NCBI GenBank assembly: GCA_048013815.1
Contig: CM106585.1
Location: 23,002,001 to 23,066,000 of the forward strand
Direction of reading: 5' to 3'
Length of the DNA stretch: 64,000 bases
DNA from: Setoptus koraiensis
Taxonomy: Eukaryota > Animalia > Arthropoda
Both the position numbers and the translations under genes were made by a program. How positions within the stretch are numbered: position 1 is the stretch's first letter; every line of letters begins with the position of its first letter. This document shows positions 36,580 to 49,566 of the stretch, piece by piece. The notes below the pieces were generated by a model. It was given only the letters and a program-made list of their open reading frames with translations. It did no database searches and had not been told where the DNA came from.

Positions 36580-37093
36580 CTACAATCAATGATGCGATGC
36601 AGTGGCAACAGCAATAGTAACATGACGATAACGGTGTTGGTGATGGACATTTCACGAGATCAATTGATGCAATGGCGCCATTCAGTTGGTTCATGAAGGG
36701 TGGTTTGTTAGTGTTGGTTGTGAGTGTCACGTGTTTTTGTTAATGTTGAGCGCAGTTGTTGGTTGTTTGTTAGTACAGTACATAATATTATAGTAATGTA
36801 GTAATAGGTAGTAAGGGGTAAAAGTGAAAAATTACACATGTTAATAAGATGTAGTCTTAGATGTTAGTGGACAGGTGACGGTAATTGATTAAGACGCACT
36901 CTAATTGACTAGCAAAGTGGGAGAGTACACAGAGAGCAATTAAAATTATTTAGACAGTGAGAGACACTGTTACATAACAAAGAAAATGCGCCGGATCATC
37001 AGAGGAAGTGTGAGTAACATGGCTGTAAATGAGGCTTCACGGTGTAGCCAGATGTAACAATAGCAACTAAACGACAGAAAAACAAAAAGATGG

Positions 37094-37198
<105 letters not shown>

Positions 37199-37451
37199 AG
37201 AAGCAAGAAGACAACAACTAAACAAGATTACACAAAACAAACAATCATTATGTATGTTTCTCTGTCTTTCTCTCGCCGCAAAAACAACAGCAAATATTAT
37301 GTTATATAATACATGGTGTGGATGTACTGATGAGAAAAGCACGGTAACAAACCAGAAAAAAAACAAAAGAAGAAAGGAAGGAGAAAATAGCTCTGCCTCT
37401 CTCAAAGTTGATTATAATAATGTTGTAAAGTTAGTGTAATGTAATAATTAC

Positions 37452-38010
37452 CTGAATCATATGATGATTGTGATTGGCCAGCCAATGAGTTGCCAGCTGA
37501 GATTCCATTATAACTTGTTACTTGTTGTTGGTGTTCATTGTTGCCTGCATCTCCATTATATCCACCACCTTTAGTGGCACCATTTTGGTTATTATTAGCG
37601 GCCACTGAAGCTGAAGTATGTTCAACATTTGGTATTGAGGCCGCCTGTTGATAGGAACCCAAATTGGAGGCTGCTTGATGATTTGATGATGAAGACGAAG
37701 CAGATTGGCCAGAACTGTAAGAATCGCTAGATTGCTGTTGTTGTCCATAAGAAGTGTCACCGGATTGAGATGTCTTCAATTTGGCTAGAGGCACTTTAAT
37801 ATAAACAATTTGAATCTTTTTGGACTTGCCACTGATTGGCTCATCTTGGCCAACATTGGCTGGCAGATCGGAGCCATGTTGTTGCTGTTGTATAGGTCCA
37901 ATATTGTTGGTCCCAGATGATCCATAGTCGCCTCCATCGGCTGAACAAAATGAGGTAGTAATAGCTAATAATGCCACTAACACTATTGTAACGAGTTTGA
38001 CATAGTCAAG
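37452..38010 (-). CDS. Module C: exon with signal peptide h-region (LVTIVLVALLAITTSFCSA) and Tweedle-like KKIQIVYIKVP motif
   Basis: Phase-0 acceptor ACTTAATAG (AG at 38012-38011), phase-1 donor CAG|GTAATT; open frame of ORF 37402..37983. Confidence 0.75.
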
Positions 38011-38115
38011 CTATTAAGTAGTAATAATAATTGCAATGAAAGAGTAAATGTTGATTGGTTAAATAATTATCAATGAAGTTAACAAGTGGATTGTGTAAAT
38101 TATATCATTGTTTAC

Positions 38116-38132
38116 TATGCTGTTCATTTGTA
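38116..38132 (-). CDS. 17-nt microexon TACAAATGAACAGCATA containing an ATG (MNSI) in frame with module C
   Basis: Long T-rich tract plus CCTATAG acceptor and GTAAAC donor; the 12 coding nt give phase 0. Confidence 0.6.
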
Positions 38133-38227
38133 CTATAGGACAATAAAATAAAAAACAATAAAAAACATCTTTTGGTTCACCAGTGCAAATGAGAGGAAAG
38201 GGGAAGGAATGGAGCCGCTGCGCTCGT

Positions 38228-38235
38228 TTACGTAA
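38228..38235. promoter_or_regulatory. PAR-bZIP/NFIL3-type palindrome TTACGTAA
   Basis: Exact match, about 100 bp from the microexon. Confidence 0.5.
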
Positions 38236-41200
38236 ATGTCCTTCCCCTTCATTACGTTTGTTGGCATGTACAGTGGATCGGGAGGCCCAAATTTAGATTC
38301 GACGATTTTAAGCGCCGAGTTTGAACTGCAAAAAGTTTAGAATAAATCGTACAATTAAATATATCTTGTGTATCTGCTCATCGGTCGAACAGAATAAAGA
38401 TAAACTTATGCAATCAATATTTCACTAGATCATTAGTCAATCAATGCCTGATGTGTAGATTGTGCAACAAGCCTTAATTATGCACGAAACATTCTGACGA
38501 TGATGAAGGTCGGCGAGCATGCAGTTGCAAGCAGATGAAACTAATTTATTGAGTTTCAACCATGGCAAGCAAAGGAGCAAGCCAGATAGAGCAACAAAAG
38601 TGAAAAGGAGTGAAGAAATAGATCAAACAAAACATAAATGTGTTCCTATTAATAGATAGAGTTATACATGCACCTGTCCAAGTTTCTAGCGATGCACCAC
38701 CAAATCACGTCTGTCATGATGGTCAGATGGTGATGCAGGTTAATATGTGTGTGTACCAACAACTGATGCTAGCAGATAGATAGATAAAATTGTTTCACCA
38801 AATTGCTCAATGACACAAGCAGCAACATTTGTTGCAACAGCATCATAACATATCATATCATCTATACATTATATAATGAGATGTGTGCATGATATAATGT
38901 GAGTACACAACAGTCGACTAACACCATTTGCTGTCATCATGTGTCTGATATACACATAAGCCGCATTACTCAAAACAGTTATTTTAGCTACATGCAAGCT
39001 GGCTAGATTGACCAGCTCTAACTGTTGTTAGACTGAATGGACTGTTGCAATGTGTGACTGGTGCGTTACTAGTGACAAATGTAGAATCAATGATGAAATA
39101 GTTTGATCTAGATTGCAAATGCATTTGCCAAGACTGTGCCTGTCAAAAGGTGGATGCTCTCTCGCTCTGATGCAAACACAACTGCCCAGTCAGATACTAA
39201 TTGCAAATTGACACAAGAATTGAACAAGAAATTGTTTGCTCTCATTTTATTTTTATTAGCTCAGCTCAATCCAAGACAGAGCGAGCGAATGGTGACGCGG
39301 GAATAGAAGAAATCAAGCGCTTGAAGTGGCAAGGTGCCATTGGTGTCATATTATCAGTTAAACTTGCAACTTTAGCCGATAACTAATATGCATTCATGTA
39401 TGAGCGTATCTCATTGGTAACTATATCAGCATTTTGTTGGCCTGGGCACAACAACAATGATGGATGGTTAAATGGTGCAAAGCAGCACAGACAGAAGTGA
39501 TAAGCTCTTTCTCTCTTATTGATTATTGCAGTTGGCCAAGCCATCAACACTAATCAACTAATGCTAGCGTCAGGGCCGATGATGCAAGCATTAAAATTGT
39601 ATTAATATCGCCATTTTGCGAATAGTCGCTCTAAAGGTAGAGTGGATAATCTCATACCGAGCGAGCGAGCGAGCGGGAGGGAGAGAGACAAAGAGTGGCA
39701 AAAATAGTAACTAAAACAAATGACAGCCAGCACGGCCTATTATTAGGTGACCACTACAGCCGCTGCTACTTTAGTCACAAGACAGGTGAGGGTGATGAAA
39801 CGGCGGGTATTGGTGTGACTCGCGCACTTTTAGGCCAGCGACTGCTCACTAGGGCCGCTAGAATTGCATTGCTTTTAATGCTAATAGGCTACTGTTGATA
39901 ATAAAGGACCAAAACTCGTCTACTGGTCTCATGTGGCTCACGTTGGCTGGTTTGCATTTCAAACAAGCTAACCATGTTGGTCAGTTTCACTAACACCAAC
40001 ACCAGCACCAGCAGCAGACACTGTGGATGTCTTAAATTAGATGATGATGATGACGACGATCACTCCTTTCGCTAGTGATTATCCCCTCACCTGAGCTCGG
40101 GCTAAATGTTGAGGGAGACGGCGCGACACACATCACATCAGTGCTTCATCGCTGGCTCATCGCCGCCTTATCACTGTATCGCAGATCACAGAGATACAGG
40201 CGATAAAGCAATCGTTTCATTTAGCTTTTATTTAGTTGCGTTTAGTTTGCATTTGGCAGTTGTTGTTCTTAATGTGTTCTTATCTAGAATATATTTGAGA
40301 GAATTGTAATGTCTAACAAGTGCGCCTGTGTGAGAGGCTGCAAACAAAGCGGCATACAAATGAGAGAGTGTTGCGTTGTGTTGCGTTGCGTTGTGTGAGA
40401 GAAAAGAGCGAGCCAGCGAGAGAGAAAAGTGCATCCATTCAGTTTTCGGGCATTCGCGCTATTTAGCATCATCAGCGGCACCAGCGACGAGCTCAGAAAT
40501 ACAAGATAGAGCGAGCGAGGGAGAGAGCCAAAGACCACAGTAGTAGGTGTAGTAACGGGGAACTTAATCAACGAGCAACTGGCCATTATTACTATTATTA
40601 TTAATGTTACATAACATGTCTAGACAGACTGGACGGAGCGCACTGTTAGTTGGCAACCTGTTGTACACACACACACACACACACACACACTGACACAGCG
40701 ACGAAGACGAGACAGAGCGCAGAGCAGAGAATCTCTACTTTTCGCTCTTAATGAAGTCAGCATCATGCATGCAATTTTGTTAAAGTCAGTCAACAACAAA
40801 ATTGAACTTAAACACAGACAGAATGAATTATCATAAGGAGCTTACGTGACGTTGCCCGGCCAGCGACTGGCAACTGGCCAGCCAACAACTAACCCCTAAT
40901 GCCATCCTCGCCGGCCAACACTGTCGCTGGCCAATGGCTAGCAATGACTGGCGATGGTCAGCGCGGCGACTGGCAATGGCCAACAATGCAGTCGCCGGCA
41001 ACTCATAGCAACCTGTGCAGCCGAGCAGCACCAACAAAAGCAGCGCCAAAACAACACACACACACGCACACACACACGGCACAAAACAGGATAAAACAAA
41101 ACTAAACTAAACAAAGCAAAACTAAACAAAACAACGACCAAATGGAGAAACGGAGATGCTCTATGGCGCTGCTGCTCGTCTGCTTGTTATTATCGGATGG

Positions 41201-41590
41201 GCAGCAAACCAAATAAGAAGAAAGTGACATGTTTTAGGTCAGCCGGCCGGAGCAAGCGCCTTGCATTCTCACAAGCGCCAGGTATCGGGCAGCGGTTGTT
41301 GTTGTCTTGTTGTTTTCTGCAATTGTTGCTCGGGTCAACTAACTCTCACTATTGTATATGTGAGACAGTGTCCGTTAGACGACGATACAGTTGCATCATG
41401 CGCCGGCCAACACAATATGCCGCTTGCACTGCAATATGTGTCTGTGTGTAACAGCCACATAATAAAAGCCCAGTCTCTCTCTCTTCGTGACTTGATATTT
41501 TCGCTTAGATCATAGTTACAGTTGGTGTTGAATAGGTAAACATGAGCACACACTCCTATGCGCTCTGCTAATAGACGCGATTCTGCAAAA

Positions 41591-41633
<43 letters not shown>

Positions 41634-41748
41634 GCAGCCATAACAAACGAACAACAACAGCACGCTTGAATAGAGTCAGCACATTTCAATTTGTTAATTG
41701 CTCATTTGTAATTATCATCCGACTTGCAGCAGTCACTGGCGGCGCACC

Positions 41749-41828
41749 GGCGACTGGTCAGTGCGGCGACTGGTCAGCGCGGAGACTGGCCAGCGCGGCG
41801 ATCGGCCAGCGCGGCGACCGGCCAGTGA
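41749..41828. repeat. 16-bp minisatellite GGCGACTGGTCAGCGC x5 with graded divergence
   Basis: Direct inspection. Confidence 0.85.
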
Positions 41829-43852
41829 GCCATTGGCCGGGCCAGTGTAGGCCGGCCCCGTATGGAGGCGACTTTCTCCTCTTGTCGATGCACTTGCACT
41901 TATGGCACTTGTTGCGCTTCTCGTTTCAGGCATTCGTCTGAGAATCTCAGGCTGAGATAGACGCGGCTTTGTCCATGTCCGATGCAAACTGTGCGATATA
42001 AACACACACACACACATACCAACCTGCTCTTCATTATGCAATTGGCTCGAGTTACGTCATTGGCACGCAGCCGTGTCGCGCAGCCATGACGTGGGCGCCA
42101 ACAACGGCGTAATGCGCCGCCGGTCAGTGTTGTTGTACGGGGTTGATTTTGCTCAGTTTTACCTGTGCTTTGCCGGTAAAACTGTGCCATACTGGTCTGT
42201 GCCATACACCGGTTGGCATGGCCCGCGGCTCACTCATTTGCACGGCTCACCCAAAGTGTGTGCGTCCCAGTTGGCAATATCTCACGCCAACTGATTGAGC
42301 AGCGAGCATTGTCCGATCGAATTGAACTAGACCTATGCTGTTACGTTGCGGCACAGGTGAGCGGCATGCCTGCGAGCCACTTGTTTGTTCGCCCAATTGT
42401 TGCCACTGCACGATTGGGCGCCTCTATATTATCGATGTGTTGGCCGCACAATTACATAACATACACCTAGCGGCAGTGAGCGGCCCTACTATTTGTTGGT
42501 TTGACTTATTGCTCTGACAACTGACTTATTGCTTGCAGTTATTTGTGGCGCGCATACGTTGGCCAATGCCCGCGTATGAGGCGAGACGATCGGATGACCG
42601 CTGCATGCAGCTTGCGGCAGACGCAGATTGCATATCTATCGATATGGACTCGGCAATCTCTGCAATCTGGACTCTGCAATCGGCGAGCGAATGGAGCGGA
42701 TAATGCAATCAATTTGCATAATAATGATGACGGCTATCGAGTGTCGGCTTGCAATCTTGATAGATGCACACTTAATAGATTATCGCCACAGATTGATGGC
42801 CCACTTGAAGTGGCCGAATCACTGCAACTTGGAGCCATGAGCCATGTGGATGCACGAACAATAGCTGGCCGCCAAGTAGGTGGTCTCTCTCAAACATATA
42901 TAAATATATAAATATTATGCCTCTCGATATTGATGAATGTTGCGCAATTTTACGCTAGCTAAGCGCGGATAAAACGGACAGCGGCGGATAAGCAGGCAAG
43001 AGATAAATTAGCTAGCCGCTGCTCATGCGTTGATGTGTGGCGTTGCTCGTCATTGCTCGCCGACCAGTGTAACTCTAGCCCGCCGATGACGCCATGCCGC
43101 CTGTGCCGAGATATATCATCGCTGCATTATTGGTCAGAGTTATATTATTGGCCAGAGTTACAGTTGGCAGCGCATCATCGCCACCAGCCAATAACCAACT
43201 GTAATAAGCAACTGTAATAACTAACTGTGATAAGTGTGTTTACGGTCGTCATTACAACAACCATTACGCATTATTGGCCACATCGGCCGGCCACACTTTT
43301 GCCAACGGCCAGCACTTTTGACAGCCACTCTTTGTGGCTTGCGTTTTGTGCCCTGTGCCCTGTGCCTTGTGCTGTCCGTCTCGCCTCTGTCCCGTTCAGT
43401 CCGTTCATTGCGGCCCAAGCGACCGCTGCACTCACCGACCACCGGACCGAGACCGGACAGCGCAGCCAAGACAACAGACAGCGGACAGCGGACGGTCGGG
43501 CGCCACAGAGTGACCACTGGCCAGCGTGACAGGCCTTGCCAATCGCTGGCTGGCTTGACGCTCGTCCGATGGCTTGTCCAACTTGCCACTCCGGCCAACA
43601 AGTGGCGCCAGATTGACGTGCAATCCCAAGATCGCTCAACAGTGTGCCCAGCACTAGCCAAGCTAGATCTGGGGGCATTAGGCGCAATCAACTGGTTGCT
43701 TCTTGTTTCTCTTCGCTGTCGTGCTTCGTGAAATTTGCGCCTAATGCGTGCCCGTTTAAGCGCGATTAGCTAATATGAGTGGCTAATCGCGGCTGCCCGC
43801 TAATGCGACCGACTAATGTGACTAATGGCCGACCACTAGCCAGTGCGGCCAG

Positions 43853-43885
43853 CCGATATCGTTGGCCACTGGCCAACGATATCGG
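43853..43885. repeat. Perfect 16-bp inverted repeat with 1-nt spacer
   Basis: CCGATATCGTTGGCCA-C-TGGCCAACGATATCGG. Confidence 0.95.
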
Positions 43886-44583
43886 GGATGCTGCCAATAT
43901 CGCCAATATCCAATGCGAACAACACGCAACTCACCTGTCGGTTGGTCAGTTACGTAACGTCAGCCTGGCGTAAGTGACCAACAGATTGTGTTCTTTTGTG
44001 AGCTGTGCTGTGTCCACTGGATCGCGCCTGCAGCCAGCGTCGGCCGGCGTCGAGCCAGCGCTGAGCGTATCGGCGCAACAAGTGGCCAGGAGACGCCGGC
44101 GACGAGGAAGGATCGTTTGAGATCGAGCGCGCATGTAATCGAATTTGCTCCGTTTTGTTCCGTTCATTGTCAGAAATCACTCACTTTCGAGCCGAAAACT
44201 GATGCTGAGCCCGTTAACATTGTTGCATATTCCCGCTTGCCGTTCTTCCTCGTCCCGTCGTCTCGTCGTCTCGTCTCCGCGTCTCGTCGCCTCGTCGCCT
44301 GGCCGCCGCTCGTTGGCGAGCCGTTAGCCGTGTTACTGTAACAATGACTCTCGGCCAGCGTCAACTGTCTCGCCGGCTGGCCAGTTGACAGGTCGCTGAG
44401 CAGCCGGCCCGCCAGCACACAGTGGCCACCATCCAGTGGATGGCGTTCACTGACCGCGAGCGGCCAACGGGCCGACCGACGGGACGACCGACGGGCCGAC
44501 GAGTATGAGGCTGCCGTCGGTTCGCCGAAGCGGAAGTGTCCGAGCTCGCTGGCCAGCGCCGCTGTGCGACTCGCACAGTGTCA

Positions 44584-44646
44584 GCGAACAGTGCGAAAAG
44601 AGCGAAAAATGCGAAAAGTGCGAACAGTGCGAACGGCGCGAAAAGT
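44584..44646. repeat. 9-bp tandem repeat GCGAA(A/C)AGT x7
   Basis: Direct inspection. Confidence 0.85.
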
Positions 44647-46148
44647 CGTGCCCATGCGACCGGCGCCACAATGCCACAATTCGGCCCATTTGGCCAGATA
44701 ATTGTCGGTGGTGACTCATTGTTCGTCGTGTGTCGTGTCGCATTGTGGGCCCGCTTGTGACACCGCTGGCCGGGCGACAACACGCCGGACGAGCGCTTGT
44801 GAGCTGCTCCAAGTGACAACAAGCGGCACCATCCACAACAATGGAACAAATGCGCAAATTGGCATCTAGACGCCGATCAAAGTGTTGATCACAGTGGCAA
44901 AATTAGAATTGAACCGTTCGCCGGCCATAGTCACACAAATTCTCGCCACTGGCCGCAGTCGGCCGGCTCGCCAGTGAACCCACCGATTTCCGCGAAGCGG
45001 CTCATTTCTGCGGCACATTTGCAAGGAAGAAGCGCCGCTGTCGAGAATTCTCGAGCTTCTTCCTCGCAACCAAGTGGCAAGAGTGCAACAGTGCGAAGTT
45101 TGCGCTCGGTGCGAAGACAGACAGGCGATCATATCGGCGCTTCGATTGAGCCGACGCTGGCCAGCAGTGTGGCTGCTCGCAGCGAGCGAAGAATCAATTT
45201 ATTTGTGCGCCTCTCACTCGGCGAATCGACGCTGGCCGCAAGTGACGCCACTGCGCTCGCCGGCGAACGTCCGCCGAGCGCCGAAGCCAACAGGAGGCAC
45301 CTGTCACAGGAGAGAACCGTTGGGAAAATGGGAATTCTTTTCCACTTTCGCTGGCTCATTCCTTTGTTTGTCGGCGAGCAACTTCTGTGGCTACTTCTCC
45401 GACGCGCCGCTAACCTATTATTGTCGATAATATAATATCACATATCTGTAATATTATACAATATTCATCAGCTGTTGCGGCCGGTTGTGCGGCGAGTGGT
45501 CACTCGTCGTCTCGCATGAGGATGCATACTTTTGCGCCGGCCACTTTAGCTGGCCGCATCAATATTATAATACATTATCGATGCTACTGCTGCTGCTGGC
45601 GCCACTTGTAGGCAGCCAGCGGTGAATGGTCAGCGATGGCGAGCCCGAGCAAGTGAATGGACAACGGATCGATGGCGAATAGAATGGAGAGAGATTGACA
45701 GCAACGCGTTGCCTTTCGCCTGATTGAAAAGCATTCATCACTCTCGCTGGCCAACCGGCCAACTGACCAACAGGCCAATAGGCCAACTGGCCAGCCAGCT
45801 CTGGCTAGCTCACTCACAAATTGACCAACTGAGTGACTGGCCAATTGAGAGTGATGCAACACACCAACCACAACAACCGGCCGCCATCCATTAGCCGGCC
45901 ACCACCAATTGCCAATAGATGGATCGGCGGCTGTATGTCTATTGGTTGCGTAAGTCGCACACACTGGCGGCTTGTGGCGCCAGCCTATTCAAATTGCGGC
46001 CGAACAACGGCGAAGAAAGAAAGTAATTACAAGTGTGCTGACCATTATACTGCGCGCTCATTTTATCCGCTCCGGCCCGTTGTTATTGGCACCTGAACGC
46101 ATGCGTTGTACGTTGCAAATCTCTGCCCGTCCGTCCGTCTAACTAAGC

Positions 46149-46220
46149 TATTATATAAGATATTATATAAGCTATTATATGAGATATTATATGAGATATT
46201 ATATAAGATATTACGTAAGC
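46149..46220. repeat. 12-bp tandem repeat TATTATAT(A/G)AG(A/C) x6, last unit TATTACGTAAGC
   Basis: Direct inspection. Confidence 0.9.
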
Positions 46221-47794
46221 TATTGTGTGGCTTGCATCTTGCGATGCGGCTTGCGATGCAAATATGAACGGCGCTTTGCAACGGATGTATCGATGAAATG
46301 AAACTGATGTATCAAATTCATGTTTGCCATAATGCGGACAGATTAGATCAGCTCGCTTTCATTGTTGCTGCCGAACAGATCGCTGCCGAACAGGTTGCTG
46401 CCAACAACAGTGGACACACTATCAGCCACCATTGAGTGCCTATGCCCGATATTGATTGATGTAATCAAACAATTGACTGCCACTAAGCTCATACTTACTC
46501 TCAATCATATAACAGCGCTTAAGCTTGCCAGTTTGAGCAACTTGTAACAGTTGCTCGTATCGGCTGAGCTGGCCATCATCAATTAGCCACTTCCTGTGTT
46601 GGCCAATGCGCCAACTGCCATCACACTATCTCCCACACACTCCCATCTCACATTGAGCCAAGCCAAGTCTGTGGCCAAAATGTGAGCCGCAACTGACCAC
46701 TCAACCGGCTCAGCTGGCTCGACCGGCTCAACTCGGCTCAACTCGGCTCAAAGATACACTTTCCATTGGAAATCACTTACCTCAGGTGAGTGATCAGGTG
46801 AGTGATTTGCATCGGGATGAGTACGAGCGAAAGTATTGATTGTGTGTGTCACAACAATTGTGTTGTCGGTTGTATAACATGGTCACAAGTGAGTCATTGT
46901 GTTATTAGTGAATGATCGCTGCCAGTGGCAAACGACGATTGTTTCTGGTCATGCCAATTATTGCTACTGGCCGCCGCCGCTGCTGCTGCTATGATAACGT
47001 TGTCATGACAATGTAACGGTCAATCATGCTCAGGTAGCCGCTGCTATTAGCGGACGAATGCGCGTTCCTCTTCGTCCGCTGCCTTCCTCTGCCGGCTTCT
47101 TCTGCTGGCTTCTGCTGGCTTCTTCTGCTGGCTTCTCCGTTGGTCGCCACTGGTCGCCGTTGCTGAGCCGCCGGTCGTCGTGGAGCGCCGACCAACGAGC
47201 CGGCCTAAGAAATCGATTGGCCGGCCAAGCGGCGAGCGGCTACTTAATTGCAACTATTGACCAGTGCTACCCGATTGAGATTAGCAGCAATCATTGGCTA
47301 CACATTGTACAGACACAGGGCACAGGTGGTTGCTGTCGGACGAGCCAGCAAAGACGAGCAGGATATCATGGTCGTCTAGACGTATGTGGTTAGGCGAGAA
47401 CAACATCAGCGGCGGCGCCACTGGCGACCAGCAATGGAAATAGCGGCAAAGACAATGAGCACTCTAGCGATGATAATAATTATTTAATACCATGCTTGCC
47501 GTGGCGCAATTGTCATGATGCAATCCAGTCCATTGACGACAAAGATGACTTTGCCAATGATTGTCATTGTGACTGCTTGTGACCATGTCCATACATGATG
47601 CAATGCTGCTACTACCTCACATTACATCACACACACACACACACACACACACACAAGTAGTGAAAGTGGGCCCGAATTGGTCGGTCGTCATCATCACGAC
47701 CACGACCGACCAAGCGCACAACACGACACAATACATACGCAACATCGATACGTATACCAGTGTGTGTAGTTACTACCGTCACTGGTGCCACTTG

Positions 47795-47837
47795 TTACGT
47801 AACACCGTGTTACGGTTTACAGCGGCATGTTACGCAA
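47795..47837. promoter_or_regulatory. bZIP site cluster (GTTACGTAAC, GTTACGGTT, GTTACGCAAC), candidate intronic enhancer
   Basis: Three related sites in about 45 bp, about 170-210 bp into the intron after the 48006 donor. Confidence 0.5.
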
Positions 47838-48005
47838 CAAGCCGCACTGGTCAGCACCAGTCATCCCATAATGACGATAACGGTAACAGGTAACGGGTAG
47901 CAGGTAACGAGTCACAGCTACTGGAGTGGTCACTATGTACGCATGTGAGCATGTAAACAATGTGATATAATGATCATAATGATGCCTATGGCTAAAAAAA
48001 CTCAC

Positions 48006-48614
48006 CTGTTGCGATAGCTTGTTGAGTCTCATGATGATGTTGAACAAATTGTTATTATTATTATTATTGTTTCTGCAATTACTAATAATGCTGCTGCTGT
48101 CGCTATTATCTCTTCTCCTTCTTCTTAAACTACTGGTGCTGTTGTCGGTAGTTGCGTCTGTCTCGCTGGCTGCGGCCAACAAATTTGATCTGTCCGTTAG
48201 CAGTCGTCTAACGTTGTTGTCGCTATGTAATCGCGTATGGCTGATAGTGAAGGCTGGTTGTTGTTGTTGTTGCTGCTTTGGATGCACTTGCTGCTGCTGC
48301 TGTTGCTGTTGCTGTTGAGTGTGCGGGCAATAATGGAGATCACGATTTAAATGATGTTGCTGCTTATGAATGATGCGATGAGGCGCCTCTCTACCTGTTA
48401 GGCCACTTGATGTTACTGTTGCCAACACAGAGGATAATTTCTCAATTATGCAAATCTTGTCTCGATTGTCAATTGTTTTAATTTTTGATTTTGTTGTCAA
48501 ATTATTTGCTGATGCTGTTGTAATTGCTGGTGCTGCTTTTGCTGCTGTTGTTGTTATTGTCGGTGTTGTAATTGGTGTATTAGCGTCGTCGTTGGCCACT
48601 AATGATGGCGTCAT
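48006..48614 (-). CDS. Candidate upstream coding exon (203 codons from ATG 48614, or 9 codons MRLNKLSQQ from ATG 48032) with phase-0 donor
   Basis: Consensus donor CAG|GTGAGT at 48005; acceptor TTATTTTGCCTAG at 48634-48633; phase fits the module C acceptor at 38010. Confidence 0.5.
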
Positions 48615-49315
48615 TGCGCGTTACCTAATGGCCTAGGCAAAATAATATCTGCTTTTGCTTATCTTATCCAACTTTGTATTTCCAATTGAGTGTGTGTATG
48701 TGCAAACACGACGGATAATTTTGTTGAACTGATTGCGATATGTTGGGCTTATGAATAATGATATTATGCGCTGTTGGCTGACTGACTGACTGATCAACTC
48801 GATATGTTCAACATGAGTGCTCTATGCTCTCATATGTGTACACTATAGACTCTATAGTATAGAGATGTTGTTTGTGTTTCAAGCAATAGCAAACTACTAA
48901 TGATTTAATGCAATCCAATTTGATTAAATCTGATTGGATTTGATTCAATTTAATTTGGTTTGATATGAGCCTCTCGTCTCATCTCATGCCAATGTTATTT
49001 TGATCTCTGTTGCTGTTGCGGCCGCTTGTGTGCAAGTGCTCGCGTTAAAACTACTGCTTGTTGTTAATAGTTGTTGTTGTTGCTGTTGCTGTTGTTGCGA
49101 TGATGACGACTATGATGATGATAATGATGATGAAGACGATAACCAACTCTTGGCAATACCACTACTCGGCTATTACTTCCCATTGATGCTGCTGCAAATG
49201 ATGATTCATCAATTCACCTGTTGTTTATCTGTCTCTTCATTTGTCCGTTTGTCTATTTGTTTGCCTAACTGACCGTTAGTCTTAGCCGTTGATGATACGC
49301 TAAGTCAACCCAAGT

Positions 49316-49350
<35 letters not shown>

Positions 49351-49516
49351 GTGCGTGTGTGTGTGTTCCTGCCCAGGTAACGTCAAATATTGAAATGATT
49401 ATTGACAGACGAAAAGAGATGTTAATGCTGAATCAATGCTCAACGAAGCCAACGCCGGCACCACTTTACTTTCTCCATAACTGTGTGTGTGTTTACGGTG
49501 CCCGGAGTGTTCATCA

Positions 49517-49566
49517 TTACGTAATGCCACTCGCTAGCATTATTGGCCCTAAATACCGTTACGTAA
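49517..49566. promoter_or_regulatory. Paired TTACGTAA sites 42 bp apart, candidate enhancer
   Basis: ATTACGTAAT (49517) and GTTACGTAAC (49559). Confidence 0.5.

Noticed and set aside
37951-37960. let-7-like TGAGGTAGTA
   Set aside because: It diverges after 10 nt, lies antisense to a coding exon and has no hairpin.
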